A stretch of DNA of 64,000 bases from contig NC_042997.1 in NCBI RefSeq assembly GCF_006345805.1, positions 172,918,001-172,982,000 on the forward strand. Reading direction: 5' to 3'. This document shows, in pieces, positions 1 through 13,274 of the stretch. A program made the translations under genes and the position numbers. Each line of letters begins with the position of its first letter. Within the stretch, counting starts at the first letter, position 1. The notes below the pieces were generated by a model, which was not told the DNA's origin, did no database searches, and saw only the letters and a list, made by a program, of their open reading frames with translations. This stretch comes from Octopus sinensis (taxonomy: Eukaryota).

Positions 1-520
1 AGCAGAATGCACAAACTATTTCATGCAGGAGGGAGCATGGATTAACTGCATTAGTAAAGTTAGTAGTTCAATTTTGTTAGTAGTCCAGTGTATGGAATGA
101 TAAAGTTTGTCTAACTTTAACTATCATCGAATTAAAGAGATATCTATAGAAATGTTAGTAATGAGTTTGGGTAAGTAAGAGATTATATGTAGTGGACAAG
201 ATAATGGAAAAAGAAAACAAAATTGAAATGAATTGAAGAGAGAGAGACAGAGAGAGAATATAGCCTAATCTTGAGGTACCCTACAGATATCTTAGCTCTG
301 GGGTACCTAAAGCATCCAGGAGAGTTGCAATGCAGACAGCAGCACAAAATATAGTAGGACACATGACCTATACATGGCCCTCAAGTTCCCTTTTAGTGTA
401 CAGAGTTAAAAGCCAAAACATTTGCATGAGGAGGGCATCTTCTTAGAAATCCTTATACCAATCAGTTCTCCATAGAGTTCCTTACAGCATAAAGTGCTGC
501 TGTGAGAGAGCTTATTCTGT

Positions 521-954
521 TATTTCTTTTACTTGTTTCAGTCATTTGACTGCAGACATGCTAGACCATCGCCTTTAAGTCGAACAAATTGACCCCAGGA
601 CTTATTCTTTGTAAGCCTAGTACTTATTCTAACGGTCTCCTTTGCCAAACCACTAAGTTATGGGGATGTAAGCACACCAAAATTGGCTGTCAAGCGATGG
701 TGTGGGGACAAACACGGACACACAAATATATACACACACTCACATACATACACGCACGCATGCACACACACAAACACACACATATATACACAATGGTCTT
801 CTTTCAGCTTTTGTCTCCCATATCCACTCACAAGGCTTTGATTGGCCCAAGGCTATAGTAGAAAACACCTGCCCAGGGTGCCATGCAGTGGGACTGAACA
901 CAGAACCAGGTGGTTGGGAAGCAAGCTTCTTACCAAACAGCCACACCTGTGCCT
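521..954 (-). mobile_element. tRNA-head SINE family 1, near full length
   Basis: The minus strand has a tRNA-like head (ggctgt...ggttcagtccca), a central CA/TA microsatellite and tail ...cagtcaaatgactgaaacaagtaaaag. Further minus copies: 2660-2962, 18310-18470, 20690-20823, 54590-54745. Confidence 0.88.
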
Positions 955-1080
955 ATATATGATTATTTTTCTTCTTGAAGTGGGAGAGAGAGAGAGTGAG
1001 TGAGTGATCAAGGTAGTAAAATGGTTAGCATGCATAACTGACCAGTAACAAGCATGGGGTTCAACTCCTGCCAAATAGGA

Positions 1081-1083
<3 letters not shown>

Positions 1084-1134
<51 letters not shown>

Positions 1135-1167
1135 TGTGTGTGTGTGTGTATGTGTGTGTGTGTGTGT
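1084..1167. repeat. (GT)n microsatellite
   Basis: Seen directly. It is one of dozens of CA/TA/GA/AAT microsatellites in the window. Confidence 0.98.
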
Positions 1168-1859
1168 TGATGACAGTGGACAAGTATAATAATTTACTAC
1201 AAGCTGAAATTTTATGAAAGGTTACTAAAAAGTGTTTTGCTTCCAATCTGCAGATTGCAATGAAAAGTTGAACAAGATAACAGATTCTTAAAAGAAAACA
1301 GTGGAAACATTTGACAGTCAAGACAAGATTTCATTGGATCATATTGAAACAAAAAAGATCTTATTAGTTGATCATATAACCAGTGTATACATAATAACAA
1401 ATAAATAAAATAAAAAAATAAAAGCGAATGTAAGAACCATAGAAGGTAGTGGCTTTTTGCTGCAATCTTAGGAATTTTTATATTTTGCGTTCCCCACACT
1501 GAAGAATTTAAATAGTTTTAATATAACACTTATGAGTAATCTCCCCTCCACTGCTCAACTAACCTATGCACTCATATTTTTACATTTTTATAGATTTTCC
1601 ATTAAAAAATATAAATTTAAAAAAAAAAAACATTACTTTTTCCTTCCCTTAATGGTTACTAACTTCATTTAAACCTCTGTTCTTTCTTTCATTTCACCCA
1701 GATTTTTCTTCACATTTATATAAATTTAAACAGTATCTTTCATTCATGCATATTTATACTTGTACTTTATTCAATAAACATGTACTTTAATTCCTGCAAT
1801 ATACATACTCTATGACGCATGTGTGCAAGCAACCATGCCACATGGCAGTGAAACTCAGG

Positions 1860-2610
1860 CCGTGACTGGTAAGGACATGCGTATGCACTGGTATGGTCAT
1901 GTGTTGGGACAGCTATGTGAAGCTATATGGATGAGGACAGCTATGTGAAGAAATGTCACACTCTAACAGCGGAAAGAACCTGTGGAAGAGGTAAACCCAG
2001 GAAGACATGGGATGAGGTGGTGAAGCATGACCTTCAAACATTGGGCCTCATGGAGGCAATAACAAGTGTCTGAGACCTTTGGAGATATGCTGTGCTTGAG
2101 AAACCAGCTTGCATAACCAGCACATCTAAGAGTACCCTTCAATCGTTGGGCAATAAACAACGCTTATGAAGACATGTTGAGGCAAGGGAAGTCACTGTTG
2201 TGGTTGATGACAGTACCACCAGGTTGGCACCCATGCCAATGGCATGTAAAAAGCACCATTTGAGCGTGGTCGATGCCAGTGTGAGCTGACTGGTCCCATG
2301 TCAGTGGCACGTAAAAAGCACCATTCGAGCATGGTTGCTGCCAGTACTGCCTCCCATGCTGGTGGCATGTAAAAAGCACCATTCAAGTGTGGTCGATGCC
2401 AGTACTGCTTGACTGGCCATCATGCCAATGGCATGTAAAAAGCACCCACTACACTCTTGGAGTGGTTGGCATTAGGAAGGGCATCCAGCTGTGGAAACAT
2501 TGCCAGATTGGATTGGAGCCTTGTGCAGCCTTCTGGCTTGCCAGCCCTCAGTCAAACTGTCCAACCCATGCCAGCATAGAAAGCGGACATTAAATGACGA
2601 TGATGATGAT
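1860..2610 (+). mobile_element. RTE-clade LINE 3' end: ORF C-terminus plus repeat-containing 3' UTR and (GAT)n tail
   Basis: Reads HWYGHV...CGRGKPRKTWDEVVKHDLQTLGL...DLWRYAVLEK, then tandem ...catgtaaaaagcaccatt... units and ends gcggacattaaatgacgatgatgat. Confidence 0.85.
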
Positions 2611-4199
2611 ATTCTCTTCTGCCCCTCTAAAATGTACATGAACATTCATAAGAATATATATGTAACTCTGGTACTTATTTTGTGTCTTTTGCAGAACCAC
2701 CAAGTTATGTGGATGTAAACAAACCAACACTTGTTGGCAAGCGGTAGGAAGGACATACACAAACACCCAAACACACACATATTTATACATACTCACAATG
2801 GAGTTCTATACAGTTTCCATCCACCAAATTCACTCACAAGGCATTGTTTGGCCTGGGCTATAATAGAAGAGATACTTCCCCAAGGTGTCATGTAAGGGAA
2901 CTGAACTTGAAATTATGAGCTTGCAAAGTAAGCTACTAACCCACACATCCATGACTGTACCTACTGTGTATATTCCTTTTTACTCAGAACTCTGTTGCAT
3001 TTTTTGGCTAAACACACACACACACATGCTTAAAAGTGGTTGTGGTTATTGTTGTTAATGTTTAGTTCAGGATCAAGCTTAATTGAACAGATTTATGATC
3101 AACAATATTCCAGCCATGGCCATTATGTCTATTCTATATAATAGAAACTGCACCCTTCCATTTTTGCTTCAAAGATTATAAGGAGTGATTTGAGAGAAAT
3201 TTATCTAGCATTTCATGCTAGTTAAGAACAAAGGCTGTCTTATTGACATAAGTATGCTACCAGTAACTTTTTATATTGATATTATAATAAACAGAGAAAC
3301 TATGTATCCCTCATACAGCAACACACCTGTTTCCGTTTCCCTATCATCTCATCACCTGGCATAAAACCACATCCCTCACTACTACCCACCGCCACCTCAG
3401 TTGAGTGGGATAGTCTTCTGAGTTGATTGGCAAGCTTACTAGTGCCAGTACCATGTAAAAAGCACCCCATACACACTGTAGAGTGGTTGGTGTTAGTAAG
3501 AACAAGCTTTAGAAAAACCATGCTAAAGCAAACAGTAGAACTTAGTACAGGCCTCTGGCTAACCAGCCCCTGCTGAACTGGCCAACCCATGCCAGCAGGG
3601 AAAATGGACATTATATGATGATGATGATGTGAATGAAATGGAATAGCTAAGAGTATTTTATTTGAGGTAGTTCAAAGCGTTTCTTCAAGGCAAAAAAATA
3701 ATAATTAATACCAAGAATTATGGTTTACTTTGGTACTCATAAAAACAAAAGCAAACAAAAGGGTTAGGGTACGTTGAGCCTAGTATGTAGGGTTGTGGGC
3801 TATGGACCCTTGGCAATAAGATAGGGGAGAGAAACTTCATCATACATATTTACAAACATAAAAAAAACATCAATTCCACTTAGTCAAAAGATTACCCAAA
3901 GGAGAAATTCCCTCCAGGGAATGGACTCTAGAGTTAATCCATTTTTTTATATTTTGGAAAAAGAGTTGTGTGCTTGTTGTCATACACACACTAGTATATG
4001 CATGTCATACACACACTAGTATATGCATATATATGTACACACATAGACACACTTGCATGTGTTTATATAAATACACACACATATTTACATATGTATGTGC
4101 ATACATATATACATGTGTGTCTATATTATATATGTTTATGCATATATAAATGTTAGTAAGAAATGTCTGTATAATTGTATACTGATGTGTATGCATATA

Positions 4200-4241
<42 letters not shown>

Positions 4242-6499
4242 CACATATACAATTATACAGACATTTCTTACTAACACACACACACCCATACACATACATA
4301 CTCATGCAGAAATATGAGTGAGGACGCGTGTGAATGGATGAGAGAGACAGAGAGATTATGGTGGTGATGGGAAAAGACTGATCCAATTAATTCTACTAGT
4401 CTGCGTTTCCTATATTAGATTAGGTAGGGTGGCAGTGGTACAGACAAGAAGCAGAACAGGGACACAACGCATAAGCAAGAAGTGTAGAAGAGTGGCAGGA
4501 GAAAGCCAAATATAAATAACAACAACATAGCTGCCACTGCCACCATCGAAAAGTGTTATGCTGCCCTCCCTGCCGTGAATATTTGTAATCTTGCAATGCT
4601 GATATTAATTTACTGGAGAGTTGCTAGGGGACAAGCAGGAATTGCAAGACTTCGTCAATGTCTGTACTGATGACAAACTATTTAGGCCTACTTCGTGTCA
4701 TAGATCATTTCTCGTGTTTTATTGAAAATTGTGGTGTGTGCGTGTCTGTGTGTGTGTGTGCACGTACACACACACACACACGTTCATCTTCAATACTGCT
4801 TCCTTGTACATGAATTTATTTTAAGCTTTCTATGGCGAGAAAAAGTCCCTAAAATTACCAGCAACAGAAATGTTTTTCCAACTACTTAGCAATCTAATAG
4901 AACAGAGGTCATTTACCCCTAGGCCACAGACCAGCACCAGACCACATTGGACAAATAAATTTTAAAATTATATTTGTATATTTTATTGATTATCATAGCC
5001 TGTCGGGTGATTCTGCTTTATATATAATTATGCGACACACACACACATGTAATAATTAAATTATATATTTTTCACTTTATTGTGTTTTGCTCAAGTCCAT
5101 AAAAAATTATCGTGCATGAAATTATTCTGTGGTGCAAAAGAAAAGGTTGGAGACTGTAGCAATGGAACCAAGCATTTACCAAATGACTTAGGTCCAACCT
5201 TTCAATATAAAGTTCACAAATTTGAATATGCTTGTATGGTGTATGGAAACAAGTTCCAACTAGACTAATAAAGATTATCATATAAGGACACCTGACCCAC
5301 TAGAAGTAGCAGCTAAACTTCCTTCAAATACTACTGTCTTAGAAAAAGATATGTTGGATCATTCAGTCCTTTGTTTCCAGCGTATAGAAAATAGAATGGA
5401 TTTTCATGGCTGAACATAGTTCTGCTTGATAAAAGCTGACCAGGAATTTTATAACAACAATAGTATACAAGTTTTACTGAATTTGAAACTTGATGAGGAT
5501 ACTACTGAGTAAATAGGACATTTCATATTCATGGAATGGTTACTAGTTGACTGTTGAGTTGATTATTAATTATATCATTAGGCCAAGTTTGTCTTGGTAA
5601 GATGAAGAGATATGGAACATTTAACTAGAACAAGATGAGGGGAGTCTCAACAGGAGGGAAAGTATTACTGGATCTGCTAGAAATAGCAACTAAATTTCTT
5701 TTGAAACACAACCTAATTTCTTAAATAAAGACACTGAATAATGTAGTCCTAGTTACACTTATGTTTCTATAAAAAACAAAAAAAAAAAAAAGATGATCAT
5801 AGCTCTATTCAGTTAGGGCTGACTTAGGGTTCAACCACAAGCAAGACAAGAAAGAGAGTGGGTGGAAAAAAGGGAATGGGTGGTCAATTAAGAAATGAAA
5901 GGAAGACTGAAAAAAATATGGGGAAAGAAGAAAAACAATGAAATTCAAGAAGAAGAAAGATGACAAAGATAAAAGGAAAAAGTGAGAGTAGACTTTAATC
6001 CTTTAGCATTTGGATTATTCTGTCAAATGTGCTTATTTATTCACATTAATTTGAATTAATCATGCATTATCTTGTAGTTTTGAGATTTTGATAATGTGCT
6101 AGTTTATTTTTAGAATGACATTGTAGGATAGGTGTGAGAAGCAGGTGCTGTCCAGTTTCAACATAAAACAGGCAGAATATTTGGGCTGGAAATGGCCAGT
6201 TTAAATGCTAAAGGGTTAACCTCCAAAGCTTAAATCTATAGTTTCAACTTTAATTCATTCTAATTTTGGTACAATGCCAGGAATTCTGAGAGGAGGAGCA
6301 AAACGATTATATTGACCCAAGTACCTGACTAGCAGCTTTATACTACATCATGTAGCATGACTTTTGTCTTTGGATACCAACTATTATTTCCTATTTGCTT
6401 ACACCTAGAAAGTATGAAAAATTGCTAATATTTCCTCTAAACTTTGCTTTTGTTACATTAATTCAAACCCCAAAGAGTCCCTCAATACCACTATGCATA

Positions 6500-6960
6500 A
6501 TAATAATAATAATCTTTTCTACTAAAGCCTGAAATTTTGGGGGAGGAGTTAAGTTGATTACATCGACCCCAGTATTCAACTGGTACTTAACTTATTGATC
6601 ATGCAAGGATGAAAGGCAAAGTTGATCTCAGCGGAATTTGAGCTCAGAATGTAGCGACGGGCGAACTACCACTTAGCATTTTGTCCAGCACGCAAATGCT
6701 TCTGCCCATCAACCTTTCTACTATAGGTACAAGACCTGAAATTTCTTGGGAGGGGACTAGTTGATTACATCAGATCCAGTGTTTTACTGGCACTTAATTT
6801 ATTGACCCCCAAAAGGATGAAAAGTAAAGTCAACCGTGGCAGAATTTGAACTCAGAAGACATAAGCAAAGTACCGCAAAACATTTTACCCGGCATGCTAA
6901 CAATTCTGCCAGCTCGCCACCTTAATAATAATAATAATAATAATAATGATAATAATAATA
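6500..6960 (-). mobile_element. Two head-to-tail SINE family 3 copies with (ATT)n tails
   Basis: B box gagttcaaattc, core ctttcatcc..ggggtcaataaattaagt, tail ...gtagaaag(att)n. Confidence 0.85.
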
Positions 6961-8594
6961 AATTGCTTATAACTCAACTATAATGGTAATCTTTTATTAA
7001 TTTCCAGTCTGAAACAAGAAATGATGACTGCATCTAACTTCAGTTTCCCATCATTGAAATCAAAGTATTATGTTCAATTTAGAAATTATCCAATGTGTGT
7101 GGATGGGGTACGAGGAGGAGTGAAGGAGAAGAAAATGAAGGAGAGGGGGAAAATCAAACTATGCAGCCAAGATTGTGCACTACTCCTTCATCAAATTTTC
7201 ATTCTTTGCCACTGTTAGTATCATCATCATCATTCTTTTTTTTTTTTTGAAGAATTTTTTTCAATTTATTTATTTTCTTTTTAATATAAATTTCGAGAGT
7301 TAAACAAGAAGGCCAAAACTTTATTAGATATGACACAAAGTCATTAGGAGAGACTGAATGTGTACGAGTTAAAAAAAAGTGCAGATGGGAGAGGCGGGAA
7401 TCTATTGAGAGAAAAGTCAAAAGCATTAGTCAATGATCTTTTATAAAAGTAACAGAACGAAACAAAAATAATAATAATAATAATGATAATGATAATAATA
7501 ATGATAATGATAATAATAATAATGGCAGTGATGATGATGATAATGGTCACAATAATTTTTAAGCAACAAGAAATTAACAAGGAAATGATTCACAGATAAG
7601 TGTGAGGATGGAGGAGGGGCACACCACATTTATTTTCATTCTTACTTTGTTTCGGAATACAATAGTGTTTGGGGGGGAAGACTGGCCCCCCACTCCCGGG
7701 AAGGGGGGGGGGGTAGAAAAGGGAGGCAACTAATACACACATGCACACAAATACTACTCCAACTTTTCTATGTCATTAGTTATTGTTTGGCTTTTACCTT
7801 TTTTTTGTTTCCCCTTTTCAGTAAACTAAGCCTCCCGCCCTCACCCTCCTAAACACCCTCACAAAAATGTAAAACTGAATAAGCGGTACTTAAGAGTGTA
7901 AGTCAAAAATATGAAGCATTGTAGCAATGTGAAAGAAGAACTCTATCTCCCTCTTTTAAGACCTCTTCTTTTTTTTTTTTTAGCACCACAGCACAAAAGG
8001 CAAACAGGAACAAGAAAAAGGACTTTTTTTTATAAAGAAAAAAAAAAAAAAACGAAAGGAGAGAAAGGAAGAGCAGTGATAAGAGGGGAAGAGGAGAAAG
8101 GGAGAAAAAAATGGAAATTATAGTTTTTATTAAGTGGTTCCAATGGGAAGGAATGGAACAAACGATAAAACACAATACGAAACAATACAACATATTACAA
8201 ATCACTGTGAGGTGAGGTGAAGTGGAGTGGGGGGGGACGGGGAATTGTATTGGAAAACAATGAGAAAAGAGTAGAGAATTGTATGGAAAATTTTGTGGAG
8301 CAGAGAGTACAGCTTTCCAACTGTAATGCAAGGTTAAGAGTTCGGGGGTTTTTTTTTTTTTTTATATAGAAAATTCTGCTTTCGAGAAATAAGGTAAATT
8401 CTTCTTTCAACTCATATTTAAAATAACTATCTATCTAAGTTACTAAATATATCATATTTCTTTTGTTGTTTGTTTTTATAACTATTTTTTTTTTTTTGCT
8501 TCAATTTTTCAATACAAAGAACTCTTAGAATGTTGATGGAGCAAAGTTTTATCAGAAATAGGAATAACGTACTTCTATCTACAAAGGGTTTATG

Positions 8595-8600
<6 letters not shown>

Positions 8601-8664
<64 letters not shown>
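8601..8664. repeat. (GA)n microsatellite
   Basis: Seen directly. Confidence 0.98.
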
Positions 8665-9543
8665 ACAAGGAGAAGTAGCCATTCAAAGAACTAAGACTGA
8701 AAGGTTAAATTAATGATAAATTCATTATTGGCATTGGAAACTGAGGTGGGATGGATGAGACAGATCGCAACAGTAGTAGCAACAATAGGAAATCTCTATT
8801 ATTCAGCCACTTTCTTGGTATTAGAACAGTGGAATATCCTGTGAATGCATGTGAACCAATCATTCAAATGAAGAAAAAAAGAAAAAAAAAAAGGGGGTTA
8901 ATCATCATTCATAAGCAAGTATGGTATCTAATCGTTTTAGGGGCCTCTGCAGTTGTGAACAGAAATAAACACTCTCTTGATCTTCTTAGTCTTGACCCAG
9001 CAGAACATGGACGATATGACAACTAGATGGAGAGCAAGAAAGAAAGTCACATGAGTACTAGGGTGGTACTCCTTTACATTTGAGCAGACTGGGATAGTTT
9101 GAAATGACATGCCTTACTCAAAGATACAACACATTGTTTGGCCCCATGTGATAAACCTGCCACCTTATGATCATGAGCCCATGTCACACATCTTCATTAG
9201 ATATGGAAAACAAGAAACAGTGCTAATGAGTTTAATTTCTCGTTTTTTTTTTTTCTGTCTCAAATTGGTATGTATAATTAATACCTAAGTATCTTTGGCA
9301 TGAAACTGGAAATAATCAGAAAATTAAGAGTGTAATGTTGAACTTTCAAAAATTATTACTTGATGTCAGCTAAAATGTTTGGTAGGAAGATATGAAGAAT
9401 AAGACAATGAGATCAGTAGAGTGAATGGTGGAGTCTCTATAAAGCAGGATTGTAGCAGGTGAGAGAAAAAGTATGGTCAAAGTGTCTGCTTGTGTGAGAC
9501 AAGAGAATGGACAGATGTATGGAGAATGATTAACAAAGCCACA

Positions 9544-9656
9544 TAAGGCAAACTAAGTTTATGCAGAGAGTGGCTTTATGAATAAGATGAGAGTGTAAGG
9601 CAAACTAAGTTTATGCAGAGAGTGGCTTTATGAATAAGATGAGAGTGTAAGGCAAA
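9544..9656. repeat. Tandem repeat, ~2.2 x 52 bp
   Basis: taaggcaaactaagtttatgcagagagtggctttatgaataagatgagagtg starts at 9544 and 9596, with a partial copy at 9648. Confidence 0.95.
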
Positions 9657-10285
9657 TTTAATTTGATATAGACAAACAGAAGGTTTATATTTAAGAAGAG
9701 AATAGCATAATGTAAACCAAATTCATATAGACAGCAGTAGTTATATGTATATAAAGGTACTAAGGAAAGGTAAGTTTAAATAGACAAGTACTGAGAACAG
9801 AATAAGGATAACCAAGTTTATATACATTAGCAGTGGCCAACATTCAATAAGATAACCACACATGCACATATCATAATTTATACTTTATAATTTATAAAGG
9901 AAGAGGTTTGAAGTGGGGAAAAAAAGTGATATAATTTGAGCACAAAAGTACAATTTGAGAACAGAAGTACACCAAAGATTGAGAAATAATGTATTACATA
10001 TGTAATATGTCTAACCCACGTTAGTTACAATGATTGCTATGTAAACTAAAACTAATACCAAATAAGAGCACAGGCAACAATAATGAGAAGTCAAAATGTT
10101 TGTGAAAGCCAAAATATTGAATAGCCACTCTGCCCCTCTGTATCCAGTACCTGGCTAAACAGCTGGTACATTGCTCTAGCTACATGCTGCTAGGTGACTG
10201 AAGGGTGGTTAGCTGATAATGCTAATAAATCTGAAGAAGTGAATACACCATGGCAGAAGATGTGAATTCTAATGATTCAAACAGA

Positions 10286-10690
10286 GCCCTGCCCCGAGGA
10301 CACAAAAACAGAAAGACTTTTTTGAGAGAGCTGACTATTTATTCACCATTATTGGAAGTCATAGGGCCCTACTTTAAACATAACATCCCACACTGCACAT
10401 AATTCACAATGATTCCCGTAGCCCTGCCTTGAGGACACAAACACAGAAAGGCTTTTTTGAGAGTGCTGACTATTTATTGACCATTATTGGAAGTCATAGG
10501 GCCCTACTTAAAACATAACATTCCACACCGCACATAATTCACAATGATCCCCGTAGCCCTGCCTTCAGGACACAAAAACAGAAAGGCTTTTTCGAGAGTG
10601 CTGACTATTTATTCATCATTATTGGAAGTTATAAGGCCCTACTCAAAACATAGCATCCCGCACCGCACATAATTCACAATGATCCCCGTA
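10286..10690. repeat. Tandem repeat, 3 x 135 bp
   Basis: Units start at 10286, 10421 and 10556 (gccctgcc..gaggacacaaa...gat.cccgta) and differ by scattered substitutions. Confidence 0.95.
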
Positions 10691-11711
10691 CTCATTAAAG
10701 ACAGATTCAAACTACATGAGAAAATACCTGCAGCAAATCTGAACATGCAAACACTAAGAGTTGATAGTCTAAAAGCCAATCAAGAGAACAATAATTAACT
10801 GTACTAATAAGCTGAAAAAAAAAAGAAAAAAAAACCCACTTTCATCAGAAAGAGTGGCCCTAAAATCTTTGAAAGCGTTGAAATTTGTCAACCAATTAGC
10901 TGTACACCAAGTTAGTACAAATTTTCTCTGGGTTTCACATACATGCACATTTTTGTATTTCATTTTTGTGGTTTCAGTTCAGCTTGTAGTAAATGTTATA
11001 TTACTATATATATAAGTGATGTGTAGCTAGTCATTATTAAGTATTTCATATATTCATCACACACACAGATATATGCAAATGTCTGTCAGTTTGTGTATAT
11101 ATATAAAGACACACACTAAATCAAATTTCAAATACACAAATGTACATACATGTACATGCATTCAGACAGGCACAAACCCATGTGGCATATACATAGATGT
11201 CAACAGATGTATGTATGGGCATACACATACAAAATAAATCAGGTATACATGCAGCTCACATTACCCATAAACATATGGGACATCTAGATCAGTATATACA
11301 TACACAGGAAGGTGCAGACACATTTACACACACACATCAACATGCATGCCTGCATTACATACTTGCACACATACATACATACATACATACATACATCATA
11401 TAAAAAATATTTTTCTTTGATTCCCACCCTCCCAATAATCTTATTAATTTTAATTTTCGAAAATCATAATTTCATTTCAGAAATATCCATGAGTTATGGA
11501 TAAAAATTCTGACAGGTTTAATAAATAAATAACAGTAATAATAATAAATGTAGAAACATTATCAAACTTCTTATATCTATATGTCAGTGAGTGTGTGTGT
11601 GCGCGCATGCATACATACACATACATGCAAATAGAAGTCTGCATGTCTTCAGCTTAATATATATATATATATTATTTCCCTGTAAGTTTGGATTTATTCC
11701 CTAATATTTAT

Positions 11712-11755
<44 letters not shown>

Positions 11756-11788
11756 CCCATGCTAGCATGGAAAACGGACGCTAAATGA

Positions 11789-11834
<46 letters not shown>

Positions 11835-12154
11835 CAGTAGGGAAATTTGTATGCATGTTTTGTGTATATGTATGGTTAAGAGATCACTCCCTGAAGGTTG
11901 AACTGTCTGAAACCTGAAGCCCCTGCCAGAACCATCACTGAATAAAGGAAGTCTAAAGGATCCACACAAAAACAGCAATGGAAGAAGCAAAAGATGGCAA
12001 AATTTTTACAACATTTTACAACAAAAGTAAAGGAGAAAGACTATACCTTATGAGAAGAGATAGTCTTTGAAACAGTGTCATAAAGCACTGACATCAACCT
12101 GTGTGACTTTATGATCATGGTTCAAGCCACCTCTCTCCCACATTTAGTAAAGTT

Positions 12155-12630
12155 AAGCACAGAGAAATTACTGTGTGGTTAAAAAAGTTCACTTCCCTAA
12201 CACTTGGCTTTGGGTTCAGTTCTACTGTGCTATAGAGTGAGCAGGCACCTTCTATTATGGTAGAAGACAAAGTATACAGATGTCTTTTATAATAGTGCCA
12301 AACTGTCTCAAGCCTCAGGAGTGGATTTGGAAGATGGTAACTGAAAGAAGCCTGCCTATGTGTGTGTGTGTGTGCGTGTGTGTGAGTGCATGTCTTGTTT
12401 TGACAGAAAGTTTTAGTTGTAAATGAGTACCACTGTCTTATAAGCAGTGCCGTTCATTTCCAATTTTCTCTGAAAACATGGTCTACTATGGAGAAATACA
12501 ACCTTGCTTTGAAACAAGTTAGGATGGGTGACTGGAAGGACATCCAAATGTAGAAAATCTGCCTTAATAAAATCTGTCCAAACCATGCAAGCATGGAAAA
12601 GATGTCAAAATACTAAGAGGATGTTAAAAT
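12155..12630 (+). mobile_element. Chimeric SINE: family 1 head, (GT)n, distinct body and RTE-type tail
   Basis: The head is a diverged match to 61538. The 3' end ggaaggacatcc...ccatgcaagcatggaaaag...gatgttaaaatga matches the RTE tail. A related body occurs at 46840-47110. Confidence 0.65.
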
Positions 12631-12644
12631 GAATATATTATACG

Positions 12645-12960
12645 AAGGCGCATTGCTCAGTAGTTACGGTAATCAGCTCATGATTGTAAGGCCGTGAGTT
12701 CAATTTCCAGTGGTGCATTGTATTCTTGAGCAAGACACTTTATTTCATGTTGCACCATTCCACTCAGCTGGCAAAAATGAGTAGTACCTGTAATTTAGTG
12801 GGCCAGCCATGTCACATTCTGTGTCATGCTGAATCTCCCTGAGAACTACATTCAGGGAATGTGCCTCTGGAGTGCTCACCCACTTGCACATTACTTCACG
12901 AGCAGGCAGTTCTGTTAATCAGATCAACTGGATCCCTTCTCATCGTAACCGATGGAATCT
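12645..12960 (+). mobile_element. Another tRNA-derived SINE
   Basis: A-box-like gctcagtagtt, B-box-like gagttcaatttcc, then core-like ttgagcaagacactttatttc. Confidence 0.7.
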
Positions 12961-13274
12961 CTTTTCTAAATCATATGGCACGCCTGGCCTTACGGTTCAG
13001 AAGTCTGCTTCACAACCACATCATCTTAGGTTCATTCTCACTGTGGTCCACTTGTCTTCTACTGCTATTGCCTTGGGTTGATCAAAAACCTTGTAAGTGA
13101 AAACGGTAGGCAGAAGCTGTATGGAAGCATAGCATACACATACACTCGCATGCAAAAAGACTAGACGCACATAAACATACATATTTAAATATAGTTCGTA
13201 GATGAGATCCAAATATTCTCTGTATAGAATACACTTATAGTGCTCAAGAGTTTTAAACTAGAGCAGGTATAGAA

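Noticed and set aside
589-1321. ORFs rich in [12 protein letters not shown] here and throughout the track
   Set aside because: They are translations of CA/TA microsatellites and SINE bodies, with no splice or homology support.
2190-2450. Regularly spaced short repeats resembling a CRISPR array (also 42190-42410)
   Set aside because: The intervening sequences are themselves related and the array is part of the RTE 3' UTR in a eukaryotic intron.
3663-3670. let-7 8mer-type site (CTACCTCA on minus) and let-7-like TGAGGTAG on plus
   Set aside because: No hairpin, and no evidence this position is in a mature transcript.
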